From assembly GCA_002104905.1 (NCBI GenBank), contig MCFE01000424.1, positions 1 to 64,000 of the forward strand: a stretch of DNA of 64,000 nucleotides, in the 5' to 3' direction. The stretch comes from Basidiobolus meristosporus CBS 931.73 (lineage: Eukaryota > Fungi > Basidiobolomycota). The notes beneath the pieces are model-generated. The model was given only the letters and a program-made list of their open reading frames with translations. It made no database searches and was not told the DNA's origin. Positions 11,001-23,803 of the stretch are shown here, piece after piece (positions within the stretch are counted from its first letter, which is position 1; each line of letters opens with the position of its first letter). Position numbers and translations under genes: made by a program.

Positions 11001-14000
11001 ACATCAGACTGGTGCCCTAAAAAGAGAGAGAGTCAGCAGAAAAAGCCTCAATATGGAAATGCTGCAACAATTGAAGACAGACTATTCATATCTGCACTAA
11101 ATTTGGCCACAAACAAGAACTTTCAGACAAAGTATATTAATTTTGGAGCATTTCAACACCTTACACAGCAAAAAAAACTTTTTAGCCAATATCAAGAAAT
11201 TCCAATTTGGATTTTCATGAGTGGCAATAGAACACCCTGTGCAGTGGCAGAAGCAACCATCCAAGTAAACCTTAGAAGCAGTGAAGGAAGCCACACACCT
11301 TCCTTCAAGGAAGTACTCTATGTACTTAAACAGCCAAGAACCTACTATCTGTAAGCAAGGACACAACAGAAGGACTCAGTTTCAGCTTTGACAATTCTGG
11401 ATGCAGAATCAATGATCAAAATGGTGCCCATATTGCTTCAGGTTTCAGAGATCAGAATCTATGCAAGTTGAACTATATTTAATCATATCTGGAAGCCAAT
11501 ATAAGTAACTCAAATGAAGAAACAGTAATGCTTTGGCACTGGCAATTTGGACACGTCAATTTGATTATTTGCACAAAATGATCAGAGATCAGCTAATATC
11601 CATGTAAAAACTGATCCTGTGGCATGTTTGGAGCACTGTGAAGCATGCATATATGGCAAACAAGCCAGACAACTGTTCAGGTGTCCTGGGTTAATAAAAA
11701 CTAAAAAAACTAGATGTAATTCACTCAGATCTGTGTGGACCTATGCAAAACTTAACCATGGGCAGGATTAAGTGTTTGATCACTTTTATTGATGATTATG
11801 CAAAATACATGTGATTCTACTTCAGGGAATGAAAGAAGGAAGTTCTGCATAAGCTCAGGGAGCTTAAAGCAACTGGGGAGCAAGAAACCTGTGAGAAATC
11901 AAGTAAGAATTCTCTGACAATGATGAATCATATACCTCAAAACTCTTCATCTACTTCTCCCAAATTCACAAGATAAAGCAAGAGACTACTGTACCCAGCT
12001 CCCCACAGCAAAATGGAGTAGCAGAATGTGCAAACAGATCACTAGTTGATGTGGCAAGATTCATGATCCTTAATCAAAATTTAACCTATGATTTTGGGTG
12101 GAGTCAGATGTCACAGCTCCATACTTTAAAATGGAAGTTATAAAGAAATGATTTGTGATTCTACTGCTTTTGAGGCATGGTATGGATATAGACCAAATGC
12201 ACAACATCTAAGTATATTTGGGTGTACAGTGTATGCCAAGAAGCTGCCTGGAAATCAGTCAAAATTTAAGCCAAAAAGTGTAAAAAGCCTATTTTTGGGC
12301 TAGTGCAATGAGAGTAAGGCATACACACTGTTCAATACCAAAGCAAAGAAGCTGATCAAGTCCAGGGATATTTTTCTTGATGAAAATTTAAGATTTTCAC
12401 AAAACCTGACATTAGACTTGTTCCGTTGGATAGTGCCACATTGAGCCATGAGTGCCAAATGATGCCATAGTGTGCCAGAGTGGTCAAGTGCGCCTATACT
12501 TGGCCACAGAGTGTGGAACATAGCTCTGCATCTTCATGTAAAGCAGCCCCTGTGTTTCACCCATTGTGTTGGAGAAAATCCATTTTTTGACCTTTTTTTG
12601 TGGATCAATGTAGCTCAGGATGTGTGAGAGCACAGGAGAACTGAAGATATGCATCTGGTACTCAATACCCATGGCACTCTGAATTTAGCTCCTGTAGCTT
12701 GTATCATGTCACAAAAATGAATGGCACTATCTTGGTCCACTGGTACTATCTGGCACTATATTTAAATATTAACCCTAAAGTAAGATCTATACAAAGCACT
12801 TATAGTGCTAGATAGTACCAGTGGACCAAGATAGTGCCATTCATTTTTGTGACATGATACAAGCTACAGGAGCTAGATTCAGAGTGCCATGGGTATTGAG
12901 TACCTGATGCATATCTTCGATCTGCTTGTGCTCTAACATATCCTGCACAACATTGGTCCAAAAAAAAGGTCAAAAAATGGATTTTCTCCAACACAATGGG
13001 TGAAACACAGGGGCTGCTTTGCATGAAGATGCGGAGCTATGTTTCACACCATGTGGCCAGGTAGAGGCTCAATTGGCCTCTCTGGCACACTATGGCATCA
13101 TTTGGCACTCATGGCTCAATGTGGCACTATCCAACGGAACAAGTCTATTGAATGATAGGGAAATCTGATCTTGAGTCCACTGACAGTCAGGATTGAATCA
13201 GTGCAAATCAATGCATGCTACTCACTCCAGAGGACTCTACAACCATGGCTCAGTCTGAATCAATGCCCAGGAAGATTCCACAAGTGATCACTCCAGTGTC
13301 ACAAGCCAGGAGATCAAACCAGACCAGAAATAGCCCAAATTACTCTATCAATCAGGGTAAAAACTTAGCCTATGCCAATTCAGTCCATATTAGTGCGCCC
13401 CAGACTGTAAAAGATGCCCTAAAGAGCCCTCAGACAAACTCTTGGAGATCTGCAGTAACTGATGAGTATCAGGTCCTTATGGATAATCAGGCATGGAACT
13501 TAGCCAATCTATCAATCAATGGGATATCAATTAGATGCAGATGGGTCTTCAAGAGAGATACAGGGCTGATGGTACAGTTGAAAGACACAACACAAGATTT
13601 TTGGCCAATGGATACTCTTAAATAAAAGGACTTACTATACTGGGACCTTTGCACCAATAGCCAAGTTTAATTCCATCTGATTAATATTGGCTATTACAGC
13701 CAAATATAGGTTTTTATACATCAAATGATTTCAAAACCTGCAATTTTGAAGGGAGAAATTTATGAGGATGTGTATATGGATCAGCCTGATAGGCTTGCCA
13801 GCCAGGATAGCCCTCATTCAGTCTACAAACTTAAAAAGTCTCTACATAGTCTCAAAAAATCACCAAGAGCCTGGAATTGCAAGATAGAATCTGATTAGGA
13901 ATATTTGGGGTTTGCAAGGAGTAAACCTGACTATAGTATATACTTTAAGCTAAGTAAAGCAAATCCAGTTCTACTAGCTCTTTATGTGGTGGATCTTACT

Positions 14001-14718
14001 ATAGCTGCCAATAACCTTGAAACATTGGAAGAGTCTAAACTCAGCCTATTCAAGGAGTTCAAGATGTCCAATCTAGGAGAACTTAGTTATTACTTTGGGA
14101 TAAGGTTCTCCATGGATAGAGGTACCCAGACTATAACCCTAAGCCAATCTAAGTATGCTAAGATATACTAAAGGAGTACAAAATGGAAGACTGTATATTG
14201 GCATCTACGTCAATAGAGACAAACATTAATATGTTTGAAACTCAACCAAATCAAGAGAGCTTGGTGCCATCTAAAAGCCCTAGCTTTCCTCATCAGTCCA
14301 TGGTTGACAGTTGGCTGTAATTCATGCTTTGAACATTTCCTTATATCTCATATTCAGTGGGAGCTGCCAACTAGCATATTCAGAACTATAGAACTGATCA
14401 TATTGCAGCAGTTGAGCAGATTTTTACACACCTAAAAGGAACTGCTTATATCTGCTCAATAAATACTTTATGGATTCAGTACAGGACTTTGTGGGATACT
14501 CTGATGCTGAGTGGGGACAGAACTTAGAAGACAGAAAATTCACTACAGAATACACCTTTCTTTACTGTAAAGGAGCAATTTCATGGGATTTAACAAAGCA
14601 ATCAACTGTAGAACTTTCTACCACAGAGGGAGTGTATAGGGCAGCCTGTGAAGCTACAAAAGGAGCAATGTGGATAAGGAAGCTTCTGTAAGATATATGC
14701 ATTTGTCAAAAAACACTT
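11001..14718 (+). mobile_element. Degenerate Copia copy C (gag end, protease, integrase, RT, partial RNase H)
   Basis: Colinear with copy A; ORFs 13215-13625, 13905-14171 and 14470-14691 (GYSDAEWGQNLEDRK). Interrupted by the foldback MITE. Confidence 0.9.
12414..13146. mobile_element. 733-bp foldback MITE (arms about 346 bp, 40-bp spacer at 12761-12800) with ATT target duplication
   Basis: 12414-12760 is nearly the reverse complement of 12801-13146. Termini AGACTTGTTCCGTTGGATAGTGCCACA and TGTGGCACTATCCAACGGAACAAGTCT; ATT at 12411-12413 and 13147-13149. Confidence 0.95.
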
Positions 14719-15289
14719 ACTGGTTTGCCTATGAATAAAAATTTGATCCTGCAGGTGGATCTGATCTAGATTAGTCATCATGATCCCATCAGGAGACCAC
14801 AATAATATCAGCAGGTTGGAATTAATGATTATCTACATAATCTTATGATGGGATCACAATGGCATTTTGCTAATATCACAGCCAAACAAAGTTGATAAAA
14901 TCTAACAGTGTTTGCACTGCATTTTGCCAAGGGTGGCATGGCATTGTTGTGGTCTTAGTGTGCTCTACAACTATTTGAGTAGATCAAACTGGCTAGTACA
15001 TCCAATTGCCTTATATGGCAAGAAACTTAATGGTGTTTTAATGGTCACAAATTCAGCATCTCATGGCACTATTACAGCGGTATAACAGCCTACAGCTGGT
15101 TCTGTATGATGCTACCATACCAATTTACCAAATAATATTTCCTTTTTCTACCTTACATTGCACAGTTCATATAATCCACTGTAGAGTCACCCCACTTTAT
15201 TTGCTACCCACTACTACCTTGGATATTCCACATATAGTTTGAATGACAAAATACTATGACCTCCTGCTTACTAACCTCTAAAAACACAC

Positions 15290-18200
15290 ACACCTAACAC
15301 AAATGACATAAATCTATCACCTCAACTTTACAGCTTTTTAGTGTGATACTTGCAAAGTTGCCATATACCTTGTATGGCTGGTAACACATACATCTTGCAA
15401 ACATATGCTTGGTTGCCACCACTTCTGCCATCAATACCTCCAGAATATTTGCAAAGAACTATTTGGTATTTAGCCAATATATTCCTTCTACCTGCTGGAT
15501 TCTAGTCCCCTTATATATGCATTCTGGCTCTTGTTTGTGTGAGCTCTGTATAAAATGGTGTTGAACTTGGCTTGTGACCAAGAGAAATCTATCATACCTT
15601 GGTGGAGTTTTCCTAAAAAAATTAGTTGCTTGTTGCACCCAACCCAACCTTGCATTACTTAACTGATCACCCATGCATTGGGGCTGCTTAGCTTCTTTAT
15701 GCTATAGGCATAGGTGTCTTCATATGCACATCTGTTCTCAGTATTTTCCAAATCTTCCTGGCTGTCCTCCATGTGCAAACTCATCACAACCATGGCAGAC
15801 CTGAAGGTAATATTCTGGATGAGATTAGGATATTGTGGTATCTGCAACCTGACTTGTCTTGTGGTCTCTGTGCACACCCACTCCATAGGAAACTCCCAAA
15901 AGGTGAAGTAAGGTCCAATATTCCCTAGCAAGATGGAGTAATAAATGGATACCGTGGTGGCAGAGATCTACATGTTCAGCCTCATGCTTGTAGGATAGCC
16001 ACTCAAATCCCACCACAAACTGTGCACATAAGCTGAAGATCCATCAAGTTGGCATTGGTGATCTGCTTTTGTATAAATATTCTTACAATGTCCACATATG
16101 TCTCCCAATGCTTCTAGTGTACTCTTGGTAGAAATGGCTTCACAAGGCCACTTGAATAAATACATATCCAGTTCATCCAGTCCTTGCACTTGTGTTGTTA
16201 CATATGCATATGCATGCTGATTGGAGCCTGTGAGAAGTACTTGGGGTAGCAGTACACTGTAATGTCCTGCCAATTCTTCCAAATCTCTCCAGTATCTCAA
16301 AGGGCTTGTTTAGCTTGAAATGCCCCACATACAACTTGATCATCAGTATAGGGACACTGTTGTGTTGCATTATGATTATTTTAGAGCTTGTTCTACAATG
16401 TATAGGCTAATCAACAATATACAACAACTACCAGTATGCTAATACTGAAATAGTTTGTTGGGAATTTGATATGCCAATAGAAGATATAACTTCACTAGTA
16501 TCCTCAATCTTAGGCTCAAAATATACTATAGGCAGTATTTCTCACTTCTACAGCAGTGTTCTGACCCTCTGTTGACTAATGGGCTTATTTACTTTTATAG
16601 TAACTTTCCTTATTTGAAAGGCACTTTCCTTTCTGAGAAAATATTTCTTAATATGGAAATTCTGAACTCCCTTTTAACCTAAAGGGGTGTGTTGTAGAAG
16701 TCTCTAAAGGGGTCTTCAGACCTAAAGGGGAGTCTCAAAGGGTGTCTTTAGAGTAAAGGGGTCTCTAAAGTGGACTTTAGACTGAAGGGGTGTCTTTAGA
16801 GCAAAGGGGCTTCTTAGAGGGGACTTTCCAACAGAAAAATGGTAGTTTCTTGTAGAACTTAGATTGGATTCTTGTGAGCTTTGCAGTCTCTTTACTGATG
16901 TAGTACCAATTAAAGTCAGAATACTCAACAGTGCAAGTGATGCAGGGGAAATCTATTACCTTCAAACCTGTAATCATAGTGTGAGGATTCTAGAAAGAGA
17001 GGCTCTCTTTTATTTTTCAGCTGGGGAAGTCATATATATGAAATTTCTGAAGGATCAAAGTTTTTGGGCAATTGCGCATGCAATACATGTGATACAAAGC
17101 TAAAATCTTGCAGTGGCGCAGATTGGACATTGGCGCAGCACCTGTGCAAATATCACATGATTTGACTGGCTGGCTCAAAGGTTAAATGCAATCAAAGTAA
17201 CCATAGTAGTCCTAGCAATAGAGACCTAGTATATATAATATTTGGACTCTTTTGGTTGTAACTCCTTAAGTAGTGCTTCAAATGAGCTGAAATATGAAAC
17301 ATATGTTGGCTACTGTGTGTTTTGTACAACATAATAATTGCAGGTGGATTGCTTGTCAGGGTCTGGAGTATTTATTCTTCGAAGCTGTAAATTCTTGATC
17401 TTTAACCTGTGTGTTACATTAGCAAAAAGCAAAATAAAGAAATGAGTTCAATATTGGCTTTGAGATATTGTAGTAATGGAATACTTCCCATTACCACAAT
17501 TCTTAGGGAAAAAAGTTGAGAAATGGCCAGCAAAATACCTTCATAGTATTAGCTGAATTACAGGTTTCTCAAAATTGACAACTCTCAATATCTCTGTTCT
17601 TAGCTGATGGGCACGCAAGCAAACAGGCTCTCCAGGAGAAGACTGGGCAAACTAGCAACCATACCAAGTTTGGTAATTAGTTGCCCATTACTTCCATCAA
17701 AAATTGCATTTGAACTTTTGAACCCAAAACACCAGCTGAATACCAGCAAAATACCATTAGAATAACAGCAGAATACCAGCAGAATACCAGCTAAAAATCA
17801 GATGAATTCCAAGTTTGAGATTCTTCATAGGGGATATTGTTGAGAAGCAAATGCATTGCTCTCAGTGGAAAGCTTTTACTCCAACAGATACCCTCTATCT
17901 TAGGTATCTCCAGTTTCTGATTAATTCAATATTCTGGCCAATGACTTAGAGCTTGCCAACTTTGCTGCAATTGCATGCTGACTTCTGTATGTTCTCTCTG
18001 TGGCAAGATAATATTCCTAGTGTTGTTGTGGGTAATAGTAATGTGTACAAGTTATGGAGTAAGTCCCTTGGATCTCACACATTTGACAGCAATATCTTCC
18101 AAGGTGCCCAGAAAAGCTGGCTATCTTACTGATGGCTGGGGTATATCCAATGCAGATATTAATATGCACTTTTACATGACAGCCACCTACTGTCATCCTG

Positions 18201-18900
18201 CTGGAAAGCAGACAAAGCTCATCCAGCAATGGATACAGGTAGCTATCCAGGTTGGATGGTGATTTAGGCCCAGATATCAGCAAGACTACCATCAGATTTC
18301 TTCTCTGATACTGTACAATAGACAGCAGATTAAGCTTGATGAGAATCAGTGGCCAGCAGGATTTACTGGTGGAGTACTTGTTTAATGAGTATCCATCAAG
18401 TGCCAAGGCAAGGGCATGGTCATACATACCTTCAAAGTAGCCCTTGCTTCTTAGCAGCTTGTAATGCTTGCCATCAAATATATCTGATATGTTTGTGCTT
18501 GATTGATACTGAGTGCAGTACTATATAGCTTAACAATATTTGTTGGACTGCATGAGCTTCTTTAGATGGGGTACTATTGGAATATATCTGGAGTGTGAAC
18601 AATGTTTTCCCCAATGGTAGTGGATTCCTGACAAGTTGGACACCTTGCAATAGTGGCATTTTCTGATGTGAATGCCATGCAACTGTTAACACATGCTGAT
18701 ATCAGGACAGTCTCTGGGTTATATGTTGCCAGCCACATGACAGTTTTCCTTTTATCCATGTACATGGTAGGTTGCATCCTGGGATAATTTTGGCAAGAAG
18801 TAGTAGTAAATCATCAAACCCCTATTACTGATACTAATGGAAACATGCTACTTCTCTATCCACAACATCACATCATTCACCAGTGGATGGATTACAAGGC
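15290..18900 (-). mobile_element. CACTA/En-Spm (Transposase_21/Tnp2-type) transposase relic, interrupted at about 16380-17825
   Basis: ORF 18017-18427 has ALDGY, CWPLILIKLNL, GPKSPSNLDSYLYPLLDEL, GYTPAISK and GHLGRYCCQMC. ORF 18574-18777 has CVNSCMAFT..CPTC. About 17830-17880 reads FPLRAMHLLLNNI. ORF 15659-15931 has GPYFTFWEFPMEWVC..YPNL. Confidence 0.85.
16670..16825. repeat. Degenerate tandem array of about 8 AAAGGGG-cored units inside an unclassified insertion
   Basis: Repeated aaagggg-(t)gtct(c/t)ta-type units, e.g. ctaaaggggtcttc, gtaaaggggtctcta, gcaaaggggcttc. Confidence 0.7.
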
Positions 18901-19578
18901 CCACTTGACTCTATAAAGTATCCTTGGCATTTTTTTCCATGGGTGTTGTCTCATTGCATAATGCAATTTTGCCAGGCTTATGCAGGGTACTGTTGTTAGG
19001 GAAGGTAGGCTCACAATCTGTCAGTGAGCCTGCTTCTTCAGAGCTTGCACTCTGTATGCTATATTCAGAAGGCTGGGGTGAGCCCAAAGGTGTCACAAAT
19101 TCACCTGACTCAGTTTGCACAAGGTGACAATTACAGCCTGATGCTATTATAGAAGTATCAAGTGGCCAGCAAGATATTGCTGGTATGGTAGTGACTGGTG
19201 AATGGTCAAATATGACTTGCATGGCAAAACACTGGCTGTGATCCTTATAATACTTCCTATGCTATCTTTGTGCTTCATGGCTGAGAGGCTTGCTGCAATA
19301 GTGACATGGTCTTTTTCTCTTCTCTTTCAGTGTTGAATGAAAGAATTCTTGTCCATGGGGCAAACAGCTTGACACTCAACAATGTAATGCTATTATATCA
19401 CTTTTTTGTCAATACTCATGTGAGTTTAAGACAGTCTTGTATTTGAGATATTGCACCTACATGTATATAAGATTCAATGATGATATACCATAGTAGGCAT
19501 TATAAATAAAGTTGTGGCACCACATACACATGTATCTGTAACACCATTCCTGCTTTGATTTGACTTGCTTCCCAATGT

Positions 19579-21366
19579 ATGCAACCAAAAAATAAAGCAA
19601 AGTTGTCTGGTTCCCAACCAAACCCCACTGCTAACAGCAGCAGAAGAGCAGTTGGGCCACAGCTTGCTTTGACATTCAGTGCAACAAGCAGGGCTACAAC
19701 CAAAAAAGGCCCTGTTGACAGTGTGCTCACTGAAGGGAATAATGCAGACTCCTCAGGCTCTCAGGCAAGTAGGCAATTGGAAATCTCTGCAGAGCTGAAA
19801 GCTGACCATAATGCTGAGGCATGTAAATGTAGCAAAAGTAGTACCTTCAGTTGAAGACCAGCAAGTAGCCCACACAACATCACCACCACCTGTATTGGCA
19901 AGTTTGTTGTCAGCTCATATCAAAGCATTAATGAGGCAATTAGGTGCAGTGGCTGATAGGATAGATGCAATGGCCCAGAGAAATCAGGAAATAGTCCTGA
20001 GACAGGATGAGTGGATAAAAGGTGTAGAGTAAACAATATCCCCAGTAGAGAAAGCAGTATCATTGCTGCAAAGAACAAGCTCAAGTAGCTCAGTATTGTG
20101 AGTACTAAATGTAGTACTCTCTCTTTGCCCAAGTTTTCTCCCCAGAGTCCTACCCAAAGTCCCCCAGTATCCTCCCTATGATTCCACCACACATCCTCCC
20201 TCCTATCCCTGCCCTTTTCTAGTTGAACACTTACCATAAAAGGAAGGTGTTCACACCCCTATTTTATAATACATTGTCTATTATCTAAGCCCCCCCCCAA
20301 GTGATATATATATATATCTATCCAATTGAACCAAGTGAGAGGACAGGAAGATTTGGACAGAATAAACACAAGTCTTTATTACCTTGCTACCTTCTATTGG
20401 AAGCTATTCTGAACCTAGTGATACTGACTTGACCTACAAGCTCTCCCACTCACAAAGTACAGTCAGCAATAACCCACAAATGTTGTAGCCAAGAATTGAG
20501 CCATTTCCTGATGTAATAGCAGAGGAACACTGTGCAGTATTTGAAGCACAACAACAGTGCCCAAAGAAAAAGCTCACAGAAAAACCTATCACAGCATGGG
20601 AGGGAGAAAATGTAGTGTTTATACCAAAGCCTAAAAATCAAAAGACATTGAAAATCTGTGAAGCCATTGAGTGCAATGATGAAGAGTGGGCTAGTATTCA
20701 AGAGGCTGTTAGAAGTCTAGCACACCAACACCTTAAGGCTAGCATACCATGGGACCATCAGGAACTCAAGGCCAAGTAGAATGTGCCTGGGTTGTTCCAT
20801 AAGCATTATCCTTTGATTTAAACAAGCAAATGGATTTTGGGCAAGCATTGGTATGCTAAGAAAGTATCTCAAGAATAGCAGAAACTATCAGAGGCAGAAG
20901 AATAAGGGTGCAGTGGCAAAAAACCAGCGGCTTCCTCTAGAGCCTGTCACAAGCAGGGTCAAAAGCTCTAAACAAGAGTCAAAGAGACATCAGGTAGCTG
21001 GAAGAGTGCCAATAAGGCAGGCAGACATAGATGCACCAGCACAACACTTAACAGAGAAAAAGTGTAGCTCCACTTGAGAAGCACTCAGTTAAAGTAGCTG
21101 TGAAGGACCTGGCAGTGATAAAAACAAGCAGCTACCTCAGGAACCTGTCACAGCATGGGCTGAGAGCTCAATACCAGCAGGAAAGAAGAGTCAGGTGGCC
21201 TGCAGAGTGCCAGCAAGGGGCAAGCAGACCAAGACAGATGCATCAGAGCAGCATTTATCAAGGAGAAAACATAGTTCAATACAAGAAACTCTCAGACAAA
21301 GTAGCAGTGAAAGACCTGACAGTGTTAAAGGAAAAGGTCAAGGGGAAAAGTCTACCCATGCCATAG
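19579..21366 (+). pseudogene. Decayed transposon-associated ORF (possibly the CACTA accessory ORF) with about 200-bp tandem repeats at its 3' end
   Basis: CpG-depleted. About 20620-20900 reads IPKPKNQKTLKICEAIECNDEEWASIQEAVRSLAHQHL...MLRKYLKNSRNY, resembling fungal TE accessory proteins (from memory, not searched). Repeat units start near 20910, 21112 and 21319. Confidence 0.4.
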
Positions 21367-21831
21367 ACTGGGAAGTGTGAGAAAAAAGCTGCAGTTCTTG
21401 CCAATTGATGATGTAAGCCTGGAACAGACTGAATCTCATCATAGCCAAGAAGAATCACCAACAAGAAAACAGCTGTTTTCACTGGAGTTGGAAGTTTTGT
21501 AAAAATTTGTATTTCCACCTAACTTAGTCACTTAGATCATTACCCTCAAATCTTAGAGAATACTGACCAAATTCCTTGTCAGGATTTACTTAGAATATTT
21601 TCACCAAAATACCAGGTACCCAGAACATGAAAATTCTCAAAGTTGTCCAAACAGCTCCAAACTTTGCACACATGTTCTTGGGACCTTCCTTAGCCTATTC
21701 TACATGCTTGTTGTGCCAAGACCAAGTAAAAGTACAAATACTACTTTTACATTCAGTAAATCATTAAGTGAAAACCACATAATCTACTTGTTCTCCCAAT
21801 CACTTCCAATATCTCCAAGACTCTTACAACA

Positions 21832-21843
21832 GGTTATGAGCCC
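21832..21843 (+). promoter_or_regulatory. Primer-binding site GGTTATGAGCCC (internal initiator-tRNA-Met type); also at 63055-63066 and 63632-63643
   Basis: Lies immediately 3' of the LTR end ACAACA/ACAGCA. Complementary to the tRNAi-Met anticodon stem-loop, as in Ty5 and Drosophila copia. Confidence 0.85.
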
Positions 21844-22446
21844 CAAGCTGTCACTCTCTGCAATGTCTACTACTGCTATTAATGGAATTTGTCCCTTTGC
21901 TGAAAAGCTGAATGGATCTAACTACCAAGTGTGGAAGTTGAAGATGAAGATGCTGCTATAAGAAAGAGGCCTGTGGGATATTGTCATGGGAGAAGAATGC
22001 CCTCCTAAAAATGTGGGAGAGGAAGCCTTGAAGTACCAGAAGAAAGAACAAAGTGCCTTTAACTGTATTTGCCTTAATGTTAAGGACAAATTGCTAATTC
22101 AATGCTCAAGAGCAAAAACAGCAAAGAATGCCTGGAAGGCATTAGAAGACACCTGCCAGTCATGTTCAGCTGCTAAGAAAATGTATCTGAGACAAAAATT
22201 CTTTGCTACAAAGATGCTGCCAGGAGAAGAAATGAAATATCTAATTAACAGAATTATGCTGCTGGTAGATTAGATAAGATCTGTGGGCATACCAACTACT
22301 GATGAGGATGTGATAGTTACCATCCTGAATAGCCTGACAGACAAGTTTCAGGGCCTTGTATCAGCTCCAGAGTCCAGAACTGAATATTTGACCTTAAATT
22401 ACATATATGGAAGGCTCCTGGATGAAGAATTAAGAAAATCAAGCGC

Positions 22447-23516
22447 TGTAGTGGGGTGACAGTGACACTCACTAACAGATGTGCTCATTCCCTTATTTTC
22501 TACTTCCCTATATCTCTACTACACTTATTTTAGTTTTATCCCATTTGTCTTACCCAATCAGTACTATCCCATAAGCCGTTTGACTATCACACCTGCTTAC
22601 CTTATTGCATAAGTTATCCCTCACTTTATGTAAGATTACTAGCTATAAGTGCTTTGATATTAGGCAAGTACTCGCGCCAGTACCCTTGACACATGATCAA
22701 CCCATGTCACCATCCCTATCATTTCCATGCCATATATGGTAACCCTATGTTACACAGGTTTCAGAATATTGATTCCTGATTGGTTGGATGTGCTGTGCCT
22801 CTTAGAACCTTCTAGCACCTACTCAGAACATTCTTAGGTCACTCTGATGTCATTAAGATTTCTACTGATATCCAGAACCTTCTAGAACACCATGATTAGT
22901 AATCACTTAGCTAGTAAGAAAAGTATATAACAGAGGCTATCTCTCAACAATAAATCATCATCTCTTTTATCAATATACTGATTTGTTGATTAGTGTGATC
23001 ACTGATACCTGCTGCTACCTGAACTTCTACCCCAGACCACAGGACACTCCTAGGAAACTGTGCTGACAGCCAACTGACCTTGGAGGCACTACTTGTGAGT
23101 AATACTCAGAGTAGGTATCTTTTATTATATTTGATTCTTTCCCAGGTTTGTTCTTGTACAGGCAAAGATACTTTTCTGTCTTTGTAACTATTGACCATAG
23201 CTGCATTCTTATCAAGTCCCTGCTGGTGGAGTTTACAGTTGTTTTGACTTTGGAAGCTTTAGTACATTGTCATCTCAAAGGACACTGAACCCAGCACATA
23301 CTTTTGTTAAGACACCATCTATGTTGGGGATTGTAGCTCAATAGTTTTCCCTTGACAAGCTTGTGGCTTTATTCCCCTTCACATTAGATTAAAGACAGAA
23401 CCCAAGTATTCCTAGCAAGCTTTTGCCAGAGGTTATTGCACCCAGTGAACACTCCACACACAAAACACTTGAGAAGTGTTAGACATATCTCTCCCTTGGA
23501 CCTATTCACCACCACA
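22447..23516. mobile_element. Solo LTR (1070 bp) of a second LTR family inserted in Copia gag
   Basis: TG...CA ends (TGTAGTGGGGTGA and TCACCACCACA); 4-bp flanks GCGC and GTGC. Excision restores the gag length seen at about 121-141. Confidence 0.75.
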
Positions 23517-23803
23517 GTGCCAATAAGAAGGAAGAAGAAAATGCTTTAATAAGCAATGATAACCAATAAAGGAGGTACTCAAGACCCTACAAAGGCAACA
23601 GCAACCTGTTTTGTAACTACTGCAAAAGGAAAGGACACACATCAGACCATTACTTCAAAAAGAAAGATAATCAGCAAAAGAAGCCTGAATATGGAAATGC
23701 TGTAACAACTGAAGATAGACTATTCATATCAGCACTAAATATGACCACAAACAAGGATTCTCAGATGTGGTATATTGACTCTGGAACATCTCAACACTTT
23801 ACA

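Noticed and set aside
16670-16825. CRISPR-like array
   Set aside because: Units are short, degenerate and lack unique constant-length spacers; the context is eukaryotic and no cas genes are present.
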